Positions 50,776-62,154 of a stretch of DNA of 64,000 nucleotides are shown piece after piece; the first letter of the stretch is position 1, and each line of letters starts with the position of its first letter. A program made the translations under genes and the position numbers. Location of the stretch: contig NMRA01000100.1 in assembly GCA_002633005.1 (NCBI GenBank), positions 144,497 through 208,496 of the forward strand. The letters run 5' to 3'. The notes under the pieces are model-generated. The model saw only the letters and a program-made list of their open reading frames with translations. It was not told where the DNA came from and did not search any database. The stretch comes from Phoronis australis (Eukaryota; Animalia; Phoronida).

Positions 50776-52254
50776 TTAATATTTGAGGAATGCCTGGTTC
50801 CACTGAAACATGTTGATGGAGCGAGATTTGGGGGTAGATGAAAAAATGGGTTGATGGTTAACAATGGAGAGGTGGAGTTGTGGGGATGAAACCGGGTTAA
50901 TTAGGTGACCAAAATCGACATATTGGTCTGTCCATATGAGGTTTTTGGTTTTGGCATCCAAGTTGAAGCCTAAAGCCAGAGACATATGTACAGAGGCGTC
51001 AAGGTTACCTGCAACAGGTGGCATATGGTGATCCAATGCTGTTGATGTGTCTGTAGCTATTGAAGATGTAGGCAGTGAGGTAGACGTGACGGTTGGCGTT
51101 AGCATAGGCTGGTGAACGGCTGGAGGAGTCGCCGTGTTATTGATGGCGAGCTGGGGGGAGGCCTCCAAGGGCCGATTTGGATCATTGGAGAGTAATTCCT
51201 TTAGTGCATCTCGAAGTGGTGGACTGTCCCGTAGTTGTGTGAGGAGGTCCGAAGTTAGAGATGAAGTGGACGACGGCAGGTGTACGGGTGGCTCTTGGCG
51301 AGATGGTTGACGAGATTGGTATGGCGAAGCAGTTTTACGGGTTGATTGTCGTCGTGGCATGCTGAAAAGGAAGAGTAAGGGGAGGAGAAATGGAACACTG
51401 AAACAACAGGCCAGCACCGTAATGGCTGGAGCCAAGCGGTAAGAAGAACTTGGAGAGTTGAATTACGATGGATTACACTGAACATTAAGAATTAAAAATT
51501 AAGTAAGAGATATCTGAATGGTCGAACCCATCGTAAAATGGGGACCCATGAATAAATTGGCAAAGTAAACGGAACTGAAAGAGAAAGTAGACACCAAAAG
51601 TGCAGGACTTGGAAATGAGTAATATAAGCTTGTATAGTTTGATCTGGCACGCCCGCATAAAATGGGAATAATGAATAAAACGAAAGGGAATTGTAAACTG
51701 AAGTAAGCACCCAAGGTGCTACCAGATAGAGTAGTCTCAGTGAGGACCACTGATGAAGTGAAAACTGAAGTAAACACCCAAGGTGTTACCAGATACAGTA
51801 GTCTTAAGTGAGGACAACTGGTGAAGTGAAAACTGAAGTAAACACCCAAAGTGTTACCAGGTAGACTGGTCCGAATGGCCGGACCAAGCCGTATGAAGAG
51901 TAAACTGAAGTAGGCACCCAAGGTGCTACCAGATAGAGTAGTCTGTGTAGGTGGACCTCTGCATTGACGTAATAAACTGAAGTAAACACCCAGTGGGTTA
52001 CCAGACAGTCGTACCTGAAAGTAGTAATGCAAAATATGATTAATGAAAGAAGAAGATGTGAAAAGTGACCGAGGAATGGGGCAGTGAGATAATAACATGT
52101 ATACGGAAAATATACCGGGAATTAAATGGGAGTATGATATAAGGGACAATTACGAAAGGAGACCCAGGCGGCGGAGGTGATGGCCGAAAGCGAAGCGGAC
52201 GCTAAGAGCTTGCTTGCGGATGCCTGAAGGGTTCAGGTGAATGAGGTCGGTATA
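50776..52254 (-). mobile_element. Tyrosine-recombinase retrotransposon (DIRS/Ngaro-like) fragment: SGNH-like C-terminus, repeat array, truncated gag
   Basis: ORF 51435-50776 has a Pro/Ser/Thr-rich N-half then LGFNLDAKTKNLIWTDQYVDFGHLI...WNQAFLKY (DIRS-type gag pattern); 52254-52150 reads YTDLIHLNPSGIRKQALSVRFA (DxxHLN..G, SGNH block V-like). Confidence 0.65.
51695..52005. repeat. Five 67-72 bp units with a conserved ~31-bp hairpin core and variable linkers
   Basis: aaactgaagta(a/g)(a/g)cacccaaggtg(c/t)taccag at 51695, 51762, 51830, 51902, 51974. Confidence 0.92.
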
Positions 52255-55200
52255 AAATAATTTAATACTTACTGAACATTTTCTGAAGAAACACCCCACT
52301 ATCTGGACACTGGGCACCAGAAATGTAACACTAAATAAACGCCTATGAGCGTTCATCGGGTGAGCTTATCTTTGGAAATGCCTGGTAACTAATTGTATTC
52401 AATTCATACAACCAGGCGTATTGCACTATACCAAGACATATCTTACTGATGCATTTTTGCAATAATAGGCATTGTTTCTACGAAATCACATTAGTCTGAA
52501 ATTTTTGGACTATTGTGATATAAGTCACCTAGCCTAAGCTGTATTAGTTGCTATTTTTGCTACCATTAAGTGGGACTCGTGCAGGGAATCTTATTTATTC
52601 CAAATACCTGAAAACTTGGACTAGAGCTGCTCTATTTTGAGCTTAAGCTTTGTGATAATTTCGTCCTTCAAGTCGCAATCAGGGCAAGACTCCGAAGAAA
52701 GAAGGTTTGTGAAATAACCAGGGGGTGTAGAGGGGTCAAGTCTGGAGAGAACGCAAGTGAAGTGGATGTGGAGCAAGGGGTTGCAAAACTGGAAGAAGGG
52801 GAAGATGATGGAGAGCAAGCTGCAAGAGAGGTAGGAGGAACAGTCACAGAATGGGGTACAGGGTATGGGTAGGGTGTGAATGGGGAGCATTGCGAACAGT
52901 TAAGCCAGGCGAAAGAAGAGGCATGAGGAAAGTCACGAACAAAAGAGTCGCCCGATGTCGAAGGCATGGCAGAAGGAGCAGAAAAGTTCAAAGAGATGCT
53001 AGAGTGTTTTTCTTGAGTTTAGAAAACATCTGAGCTGCACTTGTTTGAGCTTCTGCAGCCTTGGCTTCCTTCTTTTTTGCTTCTGCAAACAAGGATGGGA
53101 CAATTACCTGCAAGTAAAAATCTGAGCTGGCTGACATGATGGATTAGCCTCTCCTCCATGCTCCTTTGGGCCATCTTCACATACTCTCACCACCACTTTA
53201 CCTTCAGAACTCAGGCAAAATGTAATATGAAAGGCAAGCAAGGGGTATTACTACATAGAAACAAAAATATTTGAATTCGGTTAAATAAAAACTTCCATTG
53301 GAAGATACCGCGATTATAAATACCAGTTAATTCATTTGAAGTTTTCTTTCTTTTTTCTGCTGCTCAACTCGAGGCACTGAAAATTAAAAAGAATTTTTAC
53401 TCATTGCAATCTGAAAATACAACGTAGTTTTCAATTATTGTAACTGCCACGGATTGCTGCGATTTACTCTCAGGCAGTTTGTTCCCTTTTGGCGATTTTG
53501 CTTAAGGGAAGATACTGCTCCTCTAAGCTTAACTCACAGGATTTTTGAAAGAGTAGCTGTAAACATGAAATTAGATTAAGTAGACATATGTAATGCAAAA
53601 CTTTCTAAAAGTGTGGTGGGGTGTCAATGTCGCTTCTATATATTCCAACCTTACACCTCTGCATGGGAAGTACCCAATGATGTGTTCAAATTTATGTACC
53701 AGCCCTCTTGCCCTTAACACTAACATGTAAGATGTCAGGTCTGGTGTTGTTGGCCCAACTTGAGCTGCAGACTTTTCAGTAATCGATGGCATTGCACACA
53801 ATGAATTCCCCAGTGTGCTAGTCATCAACATGATCTGGCTGTTTAGTGGTCAGAGCTACAACAAGTCTCATGCTGTAGATTAGATAGGACTGTAGCAGTT
53901 TCTTGCACAACAACGACAATTAATAAATCATAGCAGGAACCTCAATCGATAGTCAGTTTTGGTTCTAATTTCATTGAATTGCCAAGTCTCTTTCAAAATG
54001 ATTACAGTATAAATGACAACTGCCGAACAATCTTGCTTACAAACCTTGCACTAATTGTAGAAGTGGTCTCACNAAATAATTTAATACTTACTGAACATTT
54101 TCTGAAGAAACACCCCACTATCTGGACACTGGGCACCAGAAATGTAACACTAAATAAACGCCCATGAGCGTTTCATCGGGTGAGCTTATCTTTGGAAATG
54201 CCTGGTAACTAATTATATTCAATTCATACAACCAGGCGTATTGCACTATACCAAGACGTATCTTACTGATGCATTTTTGCAATAATAGGCATTGTTTCTA
54301 CGAAATGACATTAGTCTGAAATTTTTGGACTATTGTGATATAAGTCACCTAGCCTAAGCTGTATTAGTTGCTATTTTTGCCACTATTAAGTGGGACTCGT
54401 GCAGGGAATCTTATTTATTCCAAATACCTGAAAACTTGGACTTGAGCTGCTCTATTTTGAGCTTAAGCTTTGTGATAATTTCGTCCTTCAAGTTGCAATC
54501 AGGGCAAGACTCCGAAGAAAGAAGGTTTGTGAAATAACCAGGGGGTTTAGAGGGGTCAAGTCTGAAGAGAACGCAAGTGGAGTGGATATGGAGCAAGGGG
54601 TTGCAAAACTGGAAGAAGGGGAAGATGATGGAGAGCAAGCTGCAAGAGAGGTAGGAGGGACAGTCACAGAAGGGGGTACAGGGTATGGGTAGGGTGTGAA
54701 TGGGGAGCATTGCGAACGGTTTAGCCAGGGGAAAGAAGAGGCATGAGGAAAGTCACGAACAAAAGAGTCGCCTGATGTCGAAGGCATGGCAGAAGGAGCA
54801 GAAAAGTTCAACGAGATGCTAGGTGACTGAGTGTTTTTCTTGAGTTTAGAAAACATCTGAGCTGCACTTGTTTGAGCTTCTGCAGCCTCGGCTTCCTTCT
54901 TTTTTGCTTCTGCAAATAAGGATGGGACAATTACCTGCAAGTAAAAATCTGAGCTGGCTGACATGATGGATTAGCCTCCCCTCCACGCTTGCCTTTGGGC
55001 CATCTTCACATACTCTCACCACCACTTTACCTTCAGAACTCGGGCAAAATGTAATATGAAAAGCAAGCAAGGGGTATTACTACACAAAAACAAAACATAT
55101 TCGAACTCGGTTAAATAAAAACTTCCATTGGAAGATACCAGGATTATAAATACCAGTTAATTCAGTTGAAGTTTTCTTTCTTTTTTCTGCTGCTCAACTC

Positions 55201-55906
55201 GAGGCACTGAAAATTGAAAAGAATTCTTACTCATTGCAATCTGAAAATAAATACAACGTAGTTTGCAATTATTGTAACTGCCACGGATTGCTGCGATTTA
55301 CTATCAGGCAGTTAGTTCCCTTTTGGCGATTTTGCTTAAGGGAAGATACTGCTCCTCTAAGCTTAACTCACAGGATTTTTGAAAGAGTAGCTGTAAACAT
55401 AAAATTAGATTAAGTAGACATATGTAATGCAAAACTTTCTAAAAGTGTGGTGTGGTGTCAATGGCGCTTCTATATATTCCAACCTTACACTTCTGCATGG
55501 GAAGTACCCAATGATGTGTTCAAATTTATGTGCCAGCCCTCTTGCCCTTAACACTAACATGCAAGATGTCAGGTCTGGTGTTGTTGGCCCAACTTGGGCT
55601 GCAGACTTTTCAGTCACCGATGGCATTGCACACAATGAATTCCCCAGTGTGCTTGTCATCAACATGATCCGGCTGTTTAGTGGTCAGAGCTACAACAAGT
55701 CTCATGCTGTAGATCAGATAGGACTGTAGCAGTTTCTTGCACAACAACGACAATTAATAAATCATAGCAGGAACCTCAATCGATGGTCAGTTTTGGTTCT
55801 AATTTCATTGAATTGCCAAGTCTCTTTCAAAATGATTACAGTATAAATGACAACTGCCGAACAATCTTGCTTACAAACCTTGCTCTAATTGTAAAAGTGG
55901 TCTCAC
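52255..55906. repeat. About 1.8-kb direct duplication around a single N (54073); probable uncollapsed haplotype overlap
   Basis: 52255-54072 vs 54074-55906 are near-identical; both start aaataatttaatacttactg and end aagtggtctcac. Confidence 0.88.
54411..55305 (-). pseudogene. THAP-zinc-finger-like gene relic (duplicated at about 52620-53470)
   Basis: Frameshifted remnants FCPS....VRVCED and IVPSLF (AVPTIF-like box), Ser/Pro-rich linker, coiled coil LKDEIITKLKLKIEQLKSKF. Confidence 0.45.
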
Positions 55907-56291
55907 GATTATTTCGTCCCACAGCTTCTTATGTGTCTACAGCCATGTTCCACGTATCGCACTTGAGTAAAGTTAAAATCTGCGATTTCAGAGTTCGCAT
56001 TTTCTTCATTGCTTTAATAGCTGCGATGCACTCTTGTGGTGTTTGTTCTCATGGTGTAACTTGGCACAGGTGAAGATATTGTTCGTCTTCGTTTAACCCA
56101 CAGCATTTTGAAAGAGTAACTGTAAACATAATTAAGATTATTAAGTAGATCTATGTACGAAAAATACAAAACTTTCTGAATATGTGGTGGGGTGTCTATG
56201 ACGCTTCTTTTGCTTTCAGCTACGTCACAGATGATTTTCTCTAAATAAGAGCGCGTCCAGGAGTTAATCACAAAATGTTCTTACAATGCCT
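55405..56291 (-). pseudogene. Second partial copy of the P-type transposase relic
   Basis: 55470-56291 is homologous to 49452-50250; HVDDKHTGEFIV and PDLTSCMLVLRARGLAHKFEHIIGYFPC. Confidence 0.68.
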
Positions 56292-57409
56292 GGAGACAAG
56301 AAATCGGGTGAAAGTGCCTCACATAGAATATGATACTACAAATAGGTAGAGGTTCCTACCACAAAACAGTAACCAAACCATACCGCTCTTTACCAACTGC
56401 TGAGGATGGCATTTTAGCTCTCAAATGGGTAAAGGTATTAATTAGGCACCAACATGGATAAGAAATCTTTCCACTACAATGTAAATAGCAAAAGCACAAC
56501 ATTGAAAAGTAGTCATAAAATTGTACAATACATTTGGCTAAACCAAGTGAGGTGGACCTTTCAAGTTTTTAACTAACCCAGATTTATCTTTCCATTCTGG
56601 TTGACTCATAACATCAGTCAGTAACAGTTTGAATTGTGAACTATTTAAGTGGAAGTCATAGTTTGTGAGAGATATCAGATTTTAAATATCTTGCACTGTG
56701 TGGCGTTATTATGATACTTTTTCTTCAGTTCTTCAATGACTGCAGTGTCAAAGCAAAATCGCTTTCAAAATCTAAAATTTCAGGACAGCTATGCAACTTG
56801 ACACAAAACATTGAGTGTCTAATGAAAATGCAGAAGACGAGTACTAATGTTCCCAAACTTGACTTACTATGCACATCGTTTTTGTTGTCGCCAACGAAGT
56901 CCAGAATTTGGCTAATTTCTCTGTGATGCCAGGAATGCAAAACTTTGACTGCAAGGAAAGACGACTAAACAGTATTAATGTGTAAAGATACGTTATGGTT
57001 CTTTCTTTACAGTTGTTTAAACTGAAGCTGTCAAGTCTCAGAATCATTTCAGACAAAATCTGTGCAATATTGGTACTGCCGTGGACGCATTATTGAGTTT
57101 GACAACATTTTTCGTAACTGTTCAGTTAGATCATAATTCGTGTTTGCCCATCTTGAATAACCTACGTTTACCATGCACATAGTTGGCATTTACCAACCCC
57201 GTCAGCAGTGTCTACATCTACGATATTTTTATGCATTGTACTTGAGGTCTCTGCTGTCTGAAAATAAGTTGTTTCAATTGAAGTTTAATTATACTTACAC
57301 ATTTCAGGCGAAATTTGTTCACCCTAAACTTTAACATTAGTATCACAGTGACCACTGAATTGTTGTGTTTATTAGAGTTACATGATCAGATGAATTAAGC
57401 CTATTGTCA

Positions 57410-59103
57410 TTTTGCGCCCACATAATTATATGTGGGTGCATATTGCCCTCATCTCTGTCTAGGCATCCGGCGTCAACGTCCGCGGCTGTATCGTAAACCC
57501 CTCGCAGGATCGTATTGAAATTTGACAGGTGTGTTCCTATGGGGTTGACGACAGGGCAACGAGTTTCGGACCGACCCGAATACTGCTGTGCCCCCTAGTG
57601 GCAATTTTAGTTTTTTATGTTTACCTCTGTGTCTTCAAAGGTCCTCAACCGATTTTCATGAAATTTGGCACATGAGGTGACAATATACTCTTTTTCGGAT
57701 GGATTCGAAGTATTTTGCGCCATGTAGTGGCAGTTTTGAGTATTTTCGATTCCGTTTTTGGCATCCGCCCCTCTGTTAACCAAACCACTCTAAGGATGAT
57801 TGCGAAAACTTGGCATGTATGCTCTTACGATGAAGAGGACAGTTGATGGTGATTTTCTGATGTCTTTGACTACTGTGGCACGTTTTAGTGGCAGTTTAAT
57901 TTGTTTTTGCGCCCATGGCTGTATCTCCTTAACGCTCTGCAGGATCTTTATTAAATGCTGCAAATGTGTTTATATGAAGTTGACAACAGACGACGACAAC
58001 TTGTAGACAGATCGGACTACAGGTGTGCCCCCTAGTGGCAATTTATTTTTTTTACATTTACCTCTATATCATCAAAGGTCCTCAACCAATTTTCTTGAAA
58101 GTTGGCCCATAGGCATCTACTACTGAGGTGATGCTAACCTCCAGTTTTTGGATGGATTTGAAGTATTTTGTGTCACCTAATGGCCATTTTTACTGTTTTT
58201 GAGTCTGTTTTTTGGCGTCCGTCCCTCCATCAACCAAACCACGCTAAGGATGATTGTGAAAATTGGCATGTATGTTCTTACTTTAAAGAAGACAATTGAC
58301 GATGTTTTTCCGATGACTTCGACTACTGTGGTACCTTCTAGTGGCAGTTTTGTTTTTGTATTAAATTTAGCACGTGTATTTATATGAAGTTAACAGTGGA
58401 AGACTACTTTCAGACGGATCCGACTAAAACTGCCCCCTATAAACAATTTCATTTTTTCTGTTTTTCTCTGTTTCTCCAATGAAGTTCCTCGATGAATTTT
58501 CATGAAATTTGTTCAGTAGCTTTCTTTTAAAGAACGGAGACATTTTCCGGTTTTCAGTTGGATTTGATGTATTTTGCTCCATCTAGTTGCCATTTTTACT
58601 CTTTTCTAGTCTATCTTTGGCGTCCACCCTCTTCAACCAAACCATTCTTAGGATGATTGTGAAAATTGGCTTATGTATTTTTAATGTGAAGAAGACGGTT
58701 GACGATTTCCCGCCTTCAATTACTGTGGCGCCTCCTAGTGGCATATTTTCCCCCGCTTTTAGCTGTATCTCCTAAGCCCTCTGCAGAATGTTTATTCAAT
58801 TTATCAAGTGTATTTATATGACGTTGACAACGGAAGACGACAACTTTCAGACGGATCCGATGAATGCGTTGTCGCCTACTGGCAATTTCATTTTTTCCGT
58901 TTCACTAAAGTTTCTTTACGGATTTTCGTGAAATATGGTAGATGACTTTCTGTTAGAAACCAGTGACATTTTCCAGTTTTTTGATGGATTCGAATTATTT
59001 TGCTCTATCTAGTGGCCATTTTTCTGCTACAAATATACACCCTAGAAGCACACTGTTCGCAGTGCATATGTGGGCGCATTTTAACGCTCCGTGTTGATCT
59101 TGT
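57410..59103 (+). mobile_element. Complete HINE/DINE-like Helentron-associated element
   Basis: 5' tgcgcccacata..tatgtgggtgca palindrome; 3' subterminal inverted copy atatgtgggcgca (~59066); terminal hairpin aacgctccgtgtt; internal ~150-bp array as in 37021-38612. Confidence 0.85.
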
Positions 59104-59403
59104 AGAAAATAACAATGTACAACAATTCGAATTACGCCAAATAATTCGACTTGTGCAAATTCAACCTTGAAACAAATACTTGAAAAACCAAAAGGGTCGA
59201 AAACGAAAGATACAGAACAACACTGACCATGTCCAAACTGGATGCCAGTCATCAGACACGTAGTAGCACAAACTCTAATAACTTTCAAATGTAAACAAGC
59301 ACTAAGTGAATCAACTAGGCTCCAGTAACAATTACGTTGTAAGCTTTCTTCTCAACTAAAAACTAGGCAAGTGCTGAATGTATCCAGATAGGACAAAAAA
59401 GGC

Positions 59404-60555
59404 TTTTAGCCAACTTCTCCACGAAGGGTCAGATGTTTCTTTCAAGGAGAATGTACCCTCTTGTTTCCCCTTTTGATGTTTTTAACAGACTACTAAAAGA
59501 AGCCTCAGGTGTTTCTTTCAAAGAGAATTAACCTTCTTGCGTCTTCTCTTGATGTTTTTAGCAGTCTTCTCCCCGAAAGCTCAGATGTATCTTGGAGAAT
59601 TTAGTATACCTCTTGTGTCCTCTTTTGATGTTTTTGACAAACTTCTCCACGAAAGCTCAGATGTATCTTTGTTGGAGGATTTACCTTCTTGCCTCCTCTA
59701 TTGATGTTTTTAGCAGTCTTCTCCACGAAAGCTGAGATATGTCTTTCTTGGTGAATTTACCTTCCTTCGTCCTCTTTTGATGTTTTTAGCTGTCTTCTCC
59801 ACGAAAGCTCAGATGTATCTTTCTTGGTGAATTTACCTTCTTTCGTCCTCTTTTGATGTTTTTAGCAGTTTTTTTCCACGAAAGCTGAGATATATTTTTC
59901 TTGGTGAATTTGCCTTCTTTCGTCCTCTTTTGATGTTTGTGACAAACTTCTCCACGAAAGCTCAAGACAGATGTATCTTTGCTGGAGAATTTACCTTCTT
60001 GCGTCCTCTATTGATGTTTTTAGCAGTCTTCTCCACGAAAGCTGAGGTATGTCTTTCTTGGTGAATTTACCATCTTTCGTCCTCTTTTGATGTTTTTAGC
60101 AGTCTTTCTCCACGAAAGCTCAGATGTATCTTTCTTGGTGAATTAACCGTCTTTCGTCCTCTATAGATGTTTTTAGCAGTCTTCTCCACGAAAGCTGAGA
60201 TATGTCTTTCTTGGTGAATTTGCCTTCTTTCGTCCTCTTTTGATGTTTTTAGCAGTCTCCACGAAAGCTCAGATGTATCTTTCTTGGTGAATTTACCTTC
60301 TTTCGTCCTCTTTTGATGTTTTCAGCAGTCTTCTCCACGAAAGCTGAGATGTATCTTTCTTGAGAATTTACCCTCTTGTGTCCTCTTTTGTTGTTTTTAA
60401 CAAAGTTCTCCTCGAAAGCTTTGATGTATCTTTCTTTGAGGATTTACAGTCTTGCATTTTCTTTTGATATTTTTAGCAGTCTTCTCCATGAGAGCTCACA
60501 GATATCTTTCAAGGAGAATTTACCCTCTTGTGTCCTCTTTTGATATTTTTAGCAG
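59404..60555. repeat. 76-bp satellite, about 15 copies
   Basis: tgatgtttttagcagtcttctccacgaaagct(c/g)agat...ggtgaatttaccttctttcgtcctcttt; period 76 (59702, 59778, 59854). Confidence 0.95.
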
Positions 60556-61290
60556 AGGAGATCACGCAGCAGTGAACAACGAGAAGGCTGCGCCACCTCC
60601 ATGGCCACTTCGCCCAGGTATTGGGGCGCCATTGGGGTTCGTCCAATGGCGAGGTGCGGTGAACCAGACTCCAGTAGGAATCGACTCAGCGGAACCTGCT
60701 GTAGCCCCTTGTTTTGGAACTTTAGAAACCGCTTTACATGTCCGGCAAAGCCAAAGTGGCAGTTTCTAAAGTACCCAGACCACTGGAGTACATCCTCGGG
60801 CGCACCTCGAAAACATTGGAAATGCATATTCAAGTCTGCACCACAGTGGCACTTCAGGTGGTCAAAGACAAAGTCCTGGCCTTCCTGGAAGTGTGGGTTG
60901 TCGGGGAAACCACGAAGGTGGATTACCACGACTTTGTTTTTGAGGCTGGGGGAACTGGCCCTGACCTTAGCAAAGAGCCGCACCATTTCCTCCAAAGCCT
61001 CTTTTTGGCTTCTAGACCTACCTCACCTAAACCAGCCACAAAGGGCTATTTAGTAGCAGGGGGAGTCGTTCCAGAACACAGGGATTAGTTGTCTCTACCC
61101 TTTTGGGGTGGATACCCACCACAGCCTTCCAGCCATGTGGAAAACAGGAAGCCGTATTTCCAGTTTTCCACATCGCAGAAAACTGCCGACTACGCCAATA
61201 GAAGGAGTCCAGGGCCAATGTGGTCCCGGATAAACCGGCAGAGAGTTGACGGATACGAAGGACTCGTCAAAGCCCAAATTGGACAAGCCC
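60549..61290 (-). pseudogene. TatD-like nuclease, frameshifted and 3'-truncated
   Basis: Across several frames: VFCD, GWKAVVGIHPK, VAGLGEVGLE, VVIHLRG, MHFQCFRG, CHFGFAG, VPLSRFLLESGSPHL; HCF altered to QCF and ETD to ESG. Confidence 0.78.
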
Positions 61291-61689
61291 TAGTTAGATG
61301 CCTAGGCAGAATTAAGGTAGTCGTCCAACCAACGAAGGTAAGAAATGCTCAAAATCAAACAACTATCTGGATTACGGCACAATACCTGTAGGAGGTGAAG
61401 AAATGATGATTGATGAGAATTGATTGAGAAATTGAATGAAAGATACTGAATTGATGAGAAAGTATGGACGGTGGCAGAGTGTTACAACAACACAAATAAA
61501 TCCCGTGGTACAAATAGACTATTAGGGGAAGACCAGGAAAGGTCACTGACCCAGCATCAAAACATTGTAATGAGGACAAAGCAATGTAGCTTACATAAAA
61601 TAATGTAATGCTAATAAATAATATTTGATGCATATTTTAGGTAGATTACATCATCTGTGAAAGCTTACCTTACTTTTTATATCCGAATA

Positions 61690-62154
61690 TCATTTTTGAA
61701 GATGAGCAGCAATCTTCAGGCAGATTGCTAAATAAATCTCGGCATCATTTTGGAGTGTCGTTCTGGACACTCTAAACAAACGCACCGTTATTTTGTACCC
61801 ATCAGCAGTAGCATTGTAATGTTCCAGTGTTGCCCTTAGAATGTCTTGTTCTCTTGATTCGATTTTCCTCTTGTAATATCTCACCGTGCTTAGGGTAAAA
61901 TAATGAAAAAAGTGATAATTAAAACTTGGCACTTTATTTGTTCAAGATCAGACGATACAAGCATGTGGAACAATACGGGTAAATATAGGTCACAAACCAG
62001 GCAGCTTACTCTTGACCGTTCTGGCTTCGCTCTAGGCAATCTGGCATAGCGCGAAACGGTTCAGATTTTTAGTGCCCCTAGTATTTATGTGTGCGAATCT
62101 TATTTTCTGTATTCCAAACTGGTGTGTTATAGACTTGTCCGAAATGGACTGGGG
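61690..62154 (-). mobile_element. Left end of a pogo/Tigger-like transposon with HTH-psq remnant
   Basis: VRYYKRK...DILRATLEHY....GYKITVRLFRVSRTTLQ (psq/CENP-B N-terminal HTH pattern); TA-CCCCAGTCCATTTCGGACA terminus-like sequence at 62154. Confidence 0.6.

Noticed and set aside
51750-51770. Hammerhead ribozyme core CTGATGA-agt-GAAA in the array
   Set aside because: No stem II and no matching stem III with an NUH cleavage triplet; not retained in other units.
51695-52005. CRISPR array
   Set aside because: Eukaryotic context, no cas genes, repeats vary, and linkers 1, 2 and 4 are related to each other rather than unique spacers.
51499-52149. 216-aa hydrophobic ORF as a membrane protein
   Set aside because: It is a translation of the T-rich strand of the repeat array with a non-ATG start and no family motifs.
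52255-55906. Real recent segmental duplication
   Set aside because: Junction is a single N with near-identical flanks, the same signature as at 15647.
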